Source of the DNA: Podarcis filfolensis
Taxonomy: Eukaryota
Direction: 5' to 3' (one strand)
DNA: 64,000 nucleotides
Assembly (NCBI GenBank): GCA_964270895.1
Contig: OZ185435.1
Made by a program: the position numbers and the translations under genes. Of this stretch, positions 12,421-24,092 are shown in pieces. The stretch's first letter is position 1; each line of letters opens with the position of its first letter. Below the pieces are notes generated by a model. That model was given only the letters and a program-made list of their open reading frames with translations. It did no database searches and was not told the origin of the DNA.

Positions 12421-14188
12421 CTTAAATGTGGAAATCAGTCAGATATTTGCAAATTTAACCCACTCATCAATTGTGTTTGATTTTCTGTTGTTGAAAGTAT
12501 ATAATAATCTGCATCTGCAATCTTACTTTTAACTGTAGGATATATTTTCTACAAAAGATAGCCAAGTGCTGATGTGATAATAGCAAAATGTAATTCAGTG
12601 CCCAGAATTAGAAAATCGGGATCTATCTAAAAATAACACAGTATGTTATCTCTACAGGCTCACACAGTAATGTTATAACAGTTGTACACCTTTGAAAAAT
12701 TATTTGGAAAGGAATTGCATAGGAGAATTACATGCTGTAAATAGCATTGTAGCATTTTATTTGCTCTACCATTTCAAATGCATTTTAGTAGATGGTATTC
12801 CACTTGCTTATTTAGTAATTCCTGAGTTCAGCTGCATTTTATTCCAAAATCTGAAACATAGATACTTGCAATTTCACGTGCAGAAAACATATTATAAATT
12901 GGTTTGCTTCAGAATGGGACAGAATATTAGATTGCACAGTTACCTGCTGAGTAGTACACACTTGTTTTGTAATGCTGTTTTATGAGTAAGAGATTGAAAC
13001 CGAACATGTGCTTTCAATTCTATACCTTGACATTGTTGATCTGTTTTTATTGATTTCTCTCATCTGGTCAAATATGGTGGTCTCTGTGTATTTTATAAAT
13101 GATTATATAGTGGAATTTGGCAATGGAGAAGCTTTAATTATGTGTGGTTCATCCAATGCATCTTAGTTTTTCAGCAGGCTTGGGTGAAATGGTTGACTGA
13201 GTGTTTCTGCTGTTCATAATTCAGAAAGAAGTTCTCTTTGTATAGGGCAAAGCCGGAATAATCAAGGATTATAGATTATGTGTCTGTATCTCAGCCTTAC
13301 TAAAGACAGTGACTTTCCCTGCATTTGTTTCCAGATAGGTAAAGATGGTTCTATGTGATATAGACATTTTCCCCCTTAGATTTTCAAAATGTTTTATATT
13401 TTGTGTATTCCATTAAAAAACCCAATGTACTGCGATCATATTTTGATGTGAGCATTTTATAAACATGCATTAGAAGTTTGAAAGCTGTCGGTTAACAAGC
13501 ATCTCGATTCCTTCCCTTTTTCACTTTTTCCCTCTGATAATATTTCTTCTATACTATTGAGCTCTGTCTAGTGACATTGTAAGTGGGATGTACTTCCTCA
13601 CATCAGTGCCTTGTTAATGCCATTCATTAATCTAGAACCATGAGCTTGTTCAGAGATGGTTAGATATTCCATATTTTCATAGAGTTTGGGGGAAGGGTGA
13701 CAGCTTACTTTACAGCTTTTGAAACCAGACCTCATTGGCTGTCATGTCATTTTTAATCCTGATAAAAGAGCAGAGGCTGATGTGAACTTGAAGCCTGGGG
13801 ATGCAGTGCGCGGATCACACTGAAACCTTCCACAGCAGAGAGCTTTCTCATCCATTTCCTATATGCAGTAAAGACCAGGACATTTGCTCATTTTCCTTAG
13901 CTGTATTACAGTCTCTCTTGTTCATGTGTTTCAGTGAACGTCTTGTCCTCGGAGATGTATTTCCAGATGTATTTTGTAGATATCCTATAAACTCAGACAT
14001 ACCTGTGCATATTGTGAACATCACCTAAATGTTTGCTGGTGTTCACCCTGCCTGAGAGAGCAAAACCATGGAATTTGCTATTGCAAGATGTGGCATCTAC
14101 CCCATTTTACCAATGTAGATAGGCGAATCCAATTTGTCCTCTCTTAAAGCTATCAATGGCTGCTATTTCACCTTAGGATATCAATGAA

Positions 14189-14744
14189 GGAGCATCTCCA
14201 CCCCCATCATTCTGCCCAGACACTGAGGTCCAGCGCTGAGGGCCTTCTGGCAGGTCCCTCACTGTGAAAAGTGAAGTTACAGGGAACCAGGCAGAGGGCC
14301 TTCTCGGTAGTGGCACGCGCCCTGTGGAACACCCTCCCACCAGATGTCAAAGAGAACAACAACTACAGTGGTACCTCTGGATGCGAACAGGATCCGTTCT
14401 GGAGCCCCGTTCGCATCCTGAGCAGAATGCAACCCACACATGCGCGGGTCGTGATTTGTCGCTTCTGCGCATGGTGTCATTTTGAGCACATGCGCAAGCA
14501 GCGAAACCCAGAAGTAACCCGTTCCATTACTTTCGGGTCGCCACGGGAGACAACCTGAAAAGATTTAACCTGAAGCGACTTTAACCCAAGGTATGACTGT
14601 ACCAGACTTTCAGAAGACATCTGAAGGAAGCCCTGTTTAGGGAAGCTTTTAATGTTTGATGAACTACTGTATTTTAATATTTTGTTGGAAGCCGCCCGGA
14701 GTGGCTGGGGAAACCCAGCCAGATGGGCGGGGTATAAATAATAA

Positions 14745-14794
<50 letters not shown>

Positions 14795-14815
14795 CATCAT
14801 CATTATCATCATCAT
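14189..14815 (+). mobile_element. L2 3' end interrupted by a MITE, (TAT)n tail
   Basis: Collinear with the 3' part of 25547-26470 on both sides of the MITE. Confidence 0.9.
14366..14599. mobile_element. Tc1/mariner MITE nested in L2
   Basis: TA|cagtggtacct...aggtatgactg|TA; the duplicated TA restores L2 aacaacTAccagact. Confidence 0.9.
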
Positions 14816-15776
14816 CCTAGCTGAAGAGGGCTGTGATCTACTCTCCTTGCCCCACATTCCCTGAAATTGGGTCAGGGTAAGTTAGGAGAACACCCAGAAA
14901 AGTGTTCAGGGGAAGAACAGAGGGATTGTTCCATCTGGCAAGCTGGAATGCTTGTGCAGATGGAATAATTGGAAGAGCACAGTGTTGAATTCCACCCTAT
15001 GTGTCTTGTGTGCAGAGTCCAGTCCAGTCAATTGGATGTGGAGGTGCTTAGCTCATCTGAACCTGAGACTAATTAATAAATATAAAAATATTTTGTAAGC
15101 TAAAACAAGTTGTGGTGTGCTCTCTCTTGCAAATTGTCTGCTTAGATAAAACCATTGGGCCAGATGTTCAATTGATCCTTACAATTGGTGTGTTTAATGG
15201 AGCTTCAACAATTTGCATCAGCTGTGAATTATCCTGGGAAGCCCTGCATACAGGTATATTAGATTCTGAGTGAGAAATAAGTATCCGGGGAAGTTTCAAG
15301 GCTCTGAGCATCCTCTGACAGAAAGGAATATGTGTTTCAGTGCAAACAACATGGATGGATTATTAAGCACCTAAAAGAGATCATTTTAAGAGGCTAGCAT
15401 TAAGAAAGCTAGCTCATATTCAAATGAGTACCAGTTCACATTTTAAGGTGTTATATATGCACTTATAATAAAAGAGATGTAAAATAACCCAGCATTTGGA
15501 GAATTTCACATTATAAATCATAATTGCACTCACTTAGAAATCTGCTTTGCTATTGATACATGTGCACAACTTTCATTAACTCTGATAGTTTCATTTATTG
15601 ATGGCAGAGTAGATTGCGGCACTGAGTGCTGCTCTATTACCCTCCCCACTGTGATGATAGCAGTGTCGTATTGCTGCGATAATAGATGCAGCCTTATTGC
15701 TAAGCTAGGACTCTTTGAACTAGCAGAACATTTGGGGAGAGAAAGAGCAGGAGGGGTGGTGGAGGGAGATGGGGAA

Positions 15777-15972
15777 GGGCTGTGGCTGAGTGGCTGAGCA
15801 CATGTTTTTCATGCATCACACAGGGTCCTGGGTTCAATCCCTCACATCTCCTGGTTCTGTTTGGAAAGATCCTTATTTGAAACCCTGTAGTGCTGATGCC
15901 AGTCATTGCAGACGATACTGAGTTAGATAGCCTAATGTTCTGAATTAGTATAAGGCAGCTTCCAATGGTCCT
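15777..15972 (+). mobile_element. tRNA-derived SINE, degenerate
   Basis: gggctgtggctgagtgg A-box-like, gggttcaatccc B-box-like, tail ...gtataaggcagcttcc. Confidence 0.75.
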
Positions 15973-16094
15973 GTGACCGAGCAAGATGTGTCATAATACA
16001 CTGGGGCAGAAGGGTGCACCTATCTGGGGACTACGTCTGTGCTGAAAATATCTTTGGACCAAAATTTGCAAGAACATAGCCTATTACTCCAACT

Positions 16095-16188
16095 TCTGAC
16101 ACAGCAATTGACAGTATCCAGATTCTGCCTGTCTTGGAGCTAGATGTCCCTCTCTCCCTTGATGAACTGAAAAATGCCATCAACTCTC
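16095..16188 (+). mobile_element. RTE-type LINE coding relic
   Basis: Translates AIDSIQILPVLELDVPLSLDELKNAINSL, resembling the region just upstream of the KAPG motif in RTE-clade RTs. Confidence 0.45.
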
Positions 16189-16572
16189 TTTTTTTAAAAA
16201 AGTAATATTTATTAAAAGTTTAAAGATTACAAAAAGAAGAAAAAGAGTTAAACAAAGCAAAACAATACAATACAATACATGAAAAACAAAAAACACTACT
16301 TATCTTAACAAAACAAAAACAAAAACAGAAACAATTAAAAACACATCCAATATTTCCATATCTTATCTTTCATTTACTTGTTTCAACGACCTCCTCACAC
16401 CTCCCTTTTTTGTATTCTAGTTCAGTTAGCTATTTCAGCAAATCCTTTCCATCTTTCTCAGTTTTTGTCCTATAATTTATCTTAACACAATCTAACCTTA
16501 TTTTTTCCCCTTTGGTCCATTAACAATCTATTTTTACTTAATTCTTTATAACATTTCTGCTAAAGCCATATA
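16189..16572 (-). mobile_element. 5'-truncated L1-type 3' UTR insertion
   Basis: 20-bp TSD gaaaaatgccatcaactctc (16169-16188, 16573-16592); AATAAA plus A tail on minus; shares blocks with 43030-43480. Confidence 0.9.
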
Positions 16573-17352
16573 GAAAAATGCCATCAACTCTCAGGCATAT
16601 CTACTACTGCATAAGCCTGCTATGAGTAGAATTTTGCAGCCTGAGAATAACGAAATTATTTGGTATTTATCTGTTGTTTGTGAACGTATCAGGGAATTTG
16701 CCATTCCACTTTAAAAGTTCAGTATATTGGACACCATTACTGATGTACAGCAAATGAGTGTTTGATCACCCCTGTTGATGTAATCATATTGAATAAGGAC
16801 AGTCTGAAATGGTTTAATATGTGGGCCCTTTTGTTAGGATTTATCCAGAATATTACAAAGGTATGGTCTCTTTCCTGCACTGATGGACTTTACTCCCATG
16901 TACACTTCTGGTTTCAATATCCCTGGCAAAAGATCTTTTCCTGAGACTCTGGAGAGCCACTGGCAATCAGACACCATAGACAGTACTAGGCTATATGGAC
17001 AAATAGTTTGACTTGGTAGATTCCTCTGATATATCTAGTTGTGCACTGTATATATTTTGGGGTTTGGTATGTTTATGGGTTTGCTTGGTTTTTGCATGTT
17101 CAGTGCTTTATCTTTTGTACTTTTGTATTGTGTTTATTTATTTATTTGTTTTGTGACCATACAGCATTACTATATTTACCCTTACGTTATCAGTTTCCAA
17201 GCATATTTTGGGTGCAGGGGATTTTTGTTAATGATTCACCCCTTTCTCTCCTCTTTTTCAATGGGTGACACATGATGTTCCTTCTGCAGGAACATGTAGT
17301 AAGAGGTAAACATGACTCAAGCTTTATCGTAGCAAGCGAACCCATATCAATA

Positions 17353-17561
17353 CAGTGATACCTCAGTTTTTGAACGTCCCCATTGACGAATGTTTTGGTT
17401 TTCGACCGCCATAAACCCGGAAGCAAATGCTTCGGTTTTCGAACACACCTCGGAAGTCGAACAGGAAACGTGGCTTCTGTATTGAGTTTTCGGTTTTCGG
17501 AAGTTTTGAAACTTGAACGATCTTCCGGAACAGATTACGTTCGAAAACCGAGGTACCACTG
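17353..17561. mobile_element. Tc1/mariner MITE
   Basis: TA|cagtgatacctc...gaggtaccactg|TA. Confidence 0.9.
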
Positions 17562-18586
17562 TATTCTGGGGGGGGGGGGGAGATACCTTGACAATATTTA
17601 CCGAAGCTTCTGTTTCATTGCACTGTACCGGTAAAGCCATTCCCCTTGGTAGGTACTGAAGAAGTGGCTGCCCACAATGAAGATGAGGCTGTCAGGCATA
17701 ATGATCATTAAAAACCTAGCAGAGAATCCATAGGAGAGACGGGTCCCTGGAGAAATGACTTCCACACAGCTGAAATGGTATAATTAATTACAAGGCAAAG
17801 ACTCCAAAATATTCCCATGCGGATGATGATAAACAGTGTGCAGTAAAGAAGTAGAAGTGTTTTATGCTGGAGTTAAGATACTCCGCTTCTGCAGCACTGC
17901 TCTGTACACCATCGCTTAAGGTGTTTCACTGAAAAAGTGTAGCTTATCAAAGAGAAATTCCCATATGAGTAGAAAGTATTAAACTACTTTTTTGCCTGAA
18001 CCACAGTTTGCAGTAGGAACTGACTCTAAGCAGGGGGCAGCCCCATTAGAGCACCTTTCCTGGTCTTTCCATCCCCCACGATAAAAAATTATAAGAAAAT
18101 TCACTTGCTTTTGCCTTTTATCAGATGCTTTGAAAGCGTGAAAATAATACTTAAATATTTTTGTCGCAATGTTTTAAGATATGTTCAGGAGCTGAAGAGA
18201 CTACCTCATTCGTTCTTCCAACACAACAATGACTTGAGAAGCGTTTACCGGTCAGCGCCACAATCATTTTCTTTCACCCAGACAACTGCTTTAGGCTCCG
18301 GCATACAGTTGGAGGAAAGTGATTAGAAGAGACTCCCTGACAGACTAACTAGACATCATGGTGACATGACTCATGCCTTAGCACTGGAACTGGCTTTTCT
18401 TGGGCCAGGTTCAGCGTTCATTCTGGAATCTGGGCACCACTTAATTTCCCCCTCCCAAACAGGAGTCCCATTTCAGGTAAATAGTAGCCAAAATTATTTG
18501 TCCAGTTCAGGGGGTGGGGGCTTCCTTCCCCACTACCTCCTTTCTCATACTTTTTAAGAAAGGTAAGAGTAGCAGCAGGGGAGGAC

Positions 18587-18924
18587 CAGCGGCGGAGCAA
18601 GTCGATCGGGCACCTGGGGTGACGCACGTGCCCTGCGCCCAGGGGTGGGGCAAGCTAGGGCAGGATGTTCCTTGAGGCCTCTGAGGAGTCTGCCTGCCTT
18701 CTCCCACTCAGCCGCCCTACAGCTGATGGGGAGGCAGCGGGCGGAGCGTATGGGGCAGTGTGGAGCCTGCGGGCGCCCAAGCCATTGCGTCACTCCCAGG
18801 AGAGACGCATGGCTTGGGCGCGCTGCAGGCCCCGCGGTGAGTGCCGCCCAGCATTTTGTCACCCCCCTCAGTGGTGACACCCGGGGCAGCCTGTCCCCAC
18901 CGCATCCCCCTTCCTCCGACCCTG
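18587..18924 (+). mobile_element. GC-rich hAT MITE
   Basis: cagcggcggag / ctccgaccctg ends; perfect 8-bp TSD gggaggac; related copy at 52465. Confidence 0.9.
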
Positions 18925-19039
18925 GGGAGGACAACTTCTCCTCTCCTTCCTCTGCATTCTCTCCCTTTTTGCCACTCCCCCCCCCCCCTTTTGAAGATGG
19001 GAACAACATTTGCCCGCTTCCAGTCTGCAAGGACCTTAC

Positions 19040-19092
19040 CTGTTTTTCACTGGACTCAGTCTTGGAACGTTCTTAGAGTTTTTGATATCATT
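19040..19092 (-). other. Candidate 53-nt coding exon
   Basis: atgttttag acceptor, CAG|gtaagg donor; one open frame NDIKNSKNVPRLSPVKN. Confidence 0.35.
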
Positions 19093-19157
19093 CTAAAACA
19101 TAAGATGCATTGGTTTCACCACTTCCTTTTCCTTGGCTGGGGAGGGCGGGGTATAAA

Positions 19158-19208
<51 letters not shown>

Positions 19209-19450
19209 AAGGTCTCCCCTCTTATTTGAAGGGGATGGAGCTCTGCCGCACCCTCTGGTATCACATTTTAATAATGCACTGTTGATGTTTCAAAAGAACG
19301 TCATAGGGGTATATGATTATCATAACCCTTTTAAAACTCATTTTTAGCATTAAGTACCACAAGTGTAGATGAGTTCCTTATTCCAGACTTTAGGAAGAAT
19401 CTGTGTGCCAATATCTAGTTCCCATATCTTTTTAAGGGGTTCTATAGATC

Positions 19451-19612
19451 CAGTGCTTTTTCCTGGGGGGACGCATACCCGTAAACATTTTGTGAATCTT
19501 TGTACTTTTGTCCATTTAGTGTATTTATTTTTCCCAATTTGAACTATAAAATGGTGATTTTCTTGAGTAAAGATGAGAGTACCCCTAAACATTTTTTTAG
19601 AAAAAAGCACTG
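19451..19612. mobile_element. hAT MITE
   Basis: cagtgcttttt / aaaaagcactg TIRs; perfect 8-bp TSD tatagatc. Confidence 0.95.
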
Positions 19613-20779
19613 TATAGATCCATAAATTACATTAAGCATCAAGCCAATATAAGAGTTCAGTTTGGAAACTAATCATCCCCGCCCCTCTACATATTGTGCT
19701 TAATAAATGTTAAGATTGAGTTAACGGTCTCAGAGCTTGTGCTTTTACACATTCTTTTTCAATAAAACTATGAATTTGATCAAAATAAATCCAGTTTGTG
19801 TTAAGATTTGGCAAAGTTAATTTTATTTGGTTAATACATATAGGTTGATTATTGGTACAGAATTCTCATAATGTGCAGAAACCTTTTGGATTCTCAGTGT
19901 TTGAATTGCTTATCTCTCCCTTGCTGGAAAAACATCTGGGTGATGTGATACTGGGATTAATGGAGAAATAATAAGTGCAAGTCTAGGTTGCAAGGTTTTC
20001 CGTATCCAATCAGTACAATTAGTAAATAGATTTGTTATAGAGTTCAATTGGTTTGGTTTAAGAGATGTTTAGAAAATTTGATTTCAAAGTATATATACCC
20101 AGTGCTTATTTGGTTCCCCTTTGATTATTTGTAATAACAGTCTCAGTTGAAAGACATAGCCACTTCTAAGCACCAAATTCATGCAGTTCTGAATACAGGA
20201 ATTTAGTTTTTTGAAGGAACTTTTGGAAAGCTGGGGTGAATGATAGGAAAGATAGAATTAGAGCATTCCAGTCAGGAGTATGAACTTGGGGCATCTGGGA
20301 AACAGAAGACTTTGTGGTGTCATGACTTCCAAATGACATTTTAGTGGGCTAAGTGTGTGGTGTGTGTGTGTGTGTGTGTGTGTGTGTATCATCCCATTTT
20401 CAAAACTACTTGCATTCCTGTAATGCAGCAGCCACCGCTGTTCTGTACTTATGGTTTTAAAGGGAAATATACTTTCTCCTCTGAATCTGAACTCCTCAGT
20501 GCATGCTCATGAAGACACTCATATTTTGTTGTTTAGTGCAAAAGCACTGATTGTCACACAAAGGTGAGACTTGTGTACTTTCAAATGCTGCAGTCAAAGT
20601 AAATATCTTACCATTCTGTTCTGTTGTTTACCTCTCTATGCAAGAAAATATTTTAAAAATGCAATGCTTTTGTGTAAAGCAAAAGCTCATGTAAAGCTGC
20701 TGCCTTTGTTTTGTTTGTTATTATTCCTTGATACGGCTGTTAATAGAAAGGACATGGATTGAAGAGAGGACCTTCTTTT

Positions 20780-20911
20780 NNNNNNNNNNNNNNNNNNNNN
20801 NNNNNNNNNNNNNNNNNNNNNNNNNNNNNNNNNNNNNNNNNNNNNNNNNNNNNNNNNNNNNNNNNNNNNNNNNNNNNNNNNNNNNNNNNNNNNNNNNNNN
20901 NNNNNNNNNNN
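20780..20911. other. Assembly gap (N run)
   Basis: Direct reading. Confidence 1.
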
Positions 20912-21470
20912 TTTGCCATGGCAATGATGGCAGAGTCTTCATTTTTACATTGCAGACCTGCTAGATTGACCTTTCTGAGGAGAATGTCAAGACATCCCTT
21001 GATCTTAACCTGTCACTAAATTTGTTAGAATTACACTGTCCCTTAACCTTGATCTCATGTAGTTGTTGTATTCAGGATGCACATTGTGCCTTTTTAAACA
21101 TTTTTAAATAAAGTGTGTCAGTTGAAAACAACCAAAACAAAAGCCTACGTTCGAGATTAAAGTCTGTTTTGCCTTAAGATATGTGTGTGTGTGTGTGTTC
21201 TTCGCTGCTTATATTTGGAATGATAATTGCGTAGGAAATTCCATAATGTGTGCCAAATAAAACTATTCTGTCCTGAGGGATTTCCCTTTTTATTTTTCCT
21301 CAGTGAACATCACATAGTACAATAAAACACCTGAACATATACCTGGTTATGTGTTCTCATAACAAGTGCTGCTTGATTTACCTTTATTGAAAATGGCTCC
21401 TAATTGGAAATTCACATTCAATAGAAAAATAAACTATTTGGGCCCCAAGTCCTAAATGAATTTACTTGAA

Positions 21471-21764
21471 CAGGGCCAGGTTTAGGTTTGACGAGGCCCT
21501 AAGATACTGAAGGTAATGGGGCCCTTTATATGTCCAGCTGTCCTTTGTCAACAACAAATTGTCACTGTTTTTGTGTGTGTTAAATATATGCTATATGGTA
21601 GTTTATGGACCTAATAGGTATCTAAAGCCATTTGCACATAACAAAATATGTATTTTATCAAAGTAATTGTTGAACTGAAATACAATTAAGAAGTATATTA
21701 ATAGTGAATTGGGGGAGGCCAAGTGAGCTATAGCTAGTTTAGCTTATACGTAAATCTGGCACTG
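21471..21764 (+). mobile_element. hAT-type non-autonomous element, second copy
   Basis: First ~160 bp and last ~35 bp match 1193-1648; different interior; TSD not preserved. Confidence 0.85.
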
Positions 21765-22743
21765 AACGTAAGGCCTATTTATTTCAACATAACGTCATTC
21801 AAGATACTCCCTCTTAATTAACCCTCAGTTGTTCTGGCCTCGGTCATATTTATGAGTAAACCTGTTTAGGGTAGAGCTGTAAGTCTTTGGTTTTTATTAT
21901 TCAGATTTTCCTAGCTTTCTAAATGTAAATATTCCATTATCTGTGTGTACATATTTTAACAGCGGCCTGTCACCAAATTTGCCATTGGCAATCTGAGATA
22001 AAGTTACATTTACCAACAATTTGCATGCTTGTCGGAGCACAGAGTGTCAATCTGTTCCTTTGGGGGTGTCGCAAAGGGGGTGGGGGTGGGTGGGAACCTT
22101 ATTCCGCAAAGTCAGGAGGCTATCACAGTCAACAAGCATGTAGAATGAATGCAAAATGTAGTTCAACAATCAAGACACCATACTGAAATCCTAGGCTCTC
22201 CATGTGATTATAATAACAATAAAGTGACACTAGAATAGGTTCTCGTTCACCAGCCCCAAGGAAGCCTAGAATAGATCTCTCAATTGAGACCCAATCCTCT
22301 GACACAAATTAAGTGGCTTCTCATTGTGACCAGGAAGTGTGAGACACCTGTAATTTCTAAGGCTGCTTTTCCTCTAAGCAGACACTCCTAATGTACAAGA
22401 AAGCACTTTTAATGTATGAAAAAAGCTAGCACAATGTGGCTTTGTAATGGAACTGATTTTGTTAAAGACTGGGATGAAACGACTAAACTCATTTCACTGG
22501 TAATCTTAAGCAAATTCACATCTAAGCCTTAGGAAGTTAAAGGCTAGTGTGCTAACAGGCTGAATATCCTCTGTATTCACAGAATATTAAACTAAAACCA
22601 AATCTCAGATGATTCTGTATGGACCGGAACATGCCCTCTTGTTAATTAGGAACAGCGTAAGAAGCCCAAGACATTAATAAGAAGATTTGTATTAAAAATT
22701 GAAAGATTAAACTGTTATCTCTCCCTTTGATTTCTTGTAACAG

Positions 22744-22777
22744 AACAATCTTCTGTGCCTTCAATGCCTAATCTTAG
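22744..22777 (+). other. Candidate 34-nt exon
   Basis: ctctccctttgatttcttgtaacag acceptor, TAG|gtgagc donor; open as QSSVPSMPNL. Confidence 0.35.
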
Positions 22778-23834
22778 GTGAGCTTGTGAAAAGACCTTAG
22801 GTAGTAAATATTATTTTAAATCAAGGCTTTGAGCAAAAGTGCAGATAGTAAGAGCTTTAAAGTTTTAAATGATTCTAGCCCAGCTCATAATAGCTCTAGA
22901 TAGAGGATGGTGATGAGAAGAACGACTCTGAAAAATGGGATAGGAATAGTTGTGTTAGGGTGGGCTATTAAAGCCTAGCTAGTGGGGGGCAGATGCACTG
23001 CTTTGAACAAAAGGTTGAAGGTATGATTAACAGTTAGATTTCTTTTTTCTTGAAGCCAGAGTCATGCAGTTAATTTATATATAAATTCTTTTAATAATAA
23101 ATACTGTATTGCCCCAAATATAGGCCACAATTTTCCCTTCCCCCTGCCCTGCAAAAAAACAAAGGGGGGGGGAAGGCTTGTATAAAAATACAGTAATAGT
23201 TATGCAGTGCAATACTATATATCTCCTCAGAAGTAAGTTCTGTTGCAGGGGTGGAAAACTTGATTTGGCCCAAGCCCTCAGATGCCAAATGTGACAGGTG
23301 GGTGGGGCTACCCACCTGTCAGTCACCTCATGTCACTGTGATGTCATGTAGTGATTGTTGGGACTTCAAAGCACAGCAGGTCTTGCAAAGAACAGTGCTT
23401 TGTTGAGCTGCTGATCTACAGGCTTTAAGTCACTGCCAATCAGCTGGTGGGTGGTGACTTTAAGCCTACTTCCTATAGGACGTGGCTGCATGACCATGTT
23501 CTCCACTGTGAAGTTGGTCATGCATCTGATCCAGTCATGTCTCTCTCTGCCCCACACTTGTGACATATGGTGTCAGGTGTAGGGAAGGTGGGCCTGGTTT
23601 GGGGGAAATGGCGTCATGTGCCAAATTGGGACCCATGCCATGCCTGTTCAATGGGACTTACAGATGAAAGTGCAGCCTTCAGTATGTGCTGTTGTAATGT
23701 TTAAAATGGTGTTGATTTTGTACTGTGCTGTTTTTAAAATAGTATATTACTATTTATTTACTATCCACAGTAGTAGTAATATTTTATATTTACATTGCTC
23801 CCCCCAGAGTGCTCAAAATACATCATATACATTA

Positions 23835-24092
23835 CAGTGGTACCTCGTGTTACATACGCTTCAGGTTACATACGCTTCAGGTTACATACGCTTCAGGTTA
23901 CAGACTCCGCTAACCCAGAAATAGTGCTTCAGGTTAAGAACTTTGCTTCAGGATAAGAACAGAAATCGGGTTTTGGCAGCGCGGCGGCAGCAGGAGGCCC
24001 CATTAGCTAAAGTGGTGCTTCAGGTTATGAACAGTTTCAGGTTAAGAACAGACCTCCGGAACGAATTAAGTACTTAACCAGAGGTACCACTG
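23835..24092 (+). mobile_element. Tc1/mariner MITE (cagtggtacc family)
   Basis: TA TSD, TIRs, three tandem ttacatacgcttcagg units. Confidence 0.95.

Noticed and set aside
17290-17305. Additional plus-strand AG...GT exon-like segments (17290-17305, 44447-44480, 45620-45650)
   Set aside because: Plausible signals but not frame-preserving alone and without independent support; they show the chance background for such motifs
18507-19347. Cluster of long overlapping ORFs (143-168 aa)
   Set aside because: Produced by the GC-rich MITE and a (TAT)n run; open on both strands; no protein family signature. The same applies to 52223-52874.
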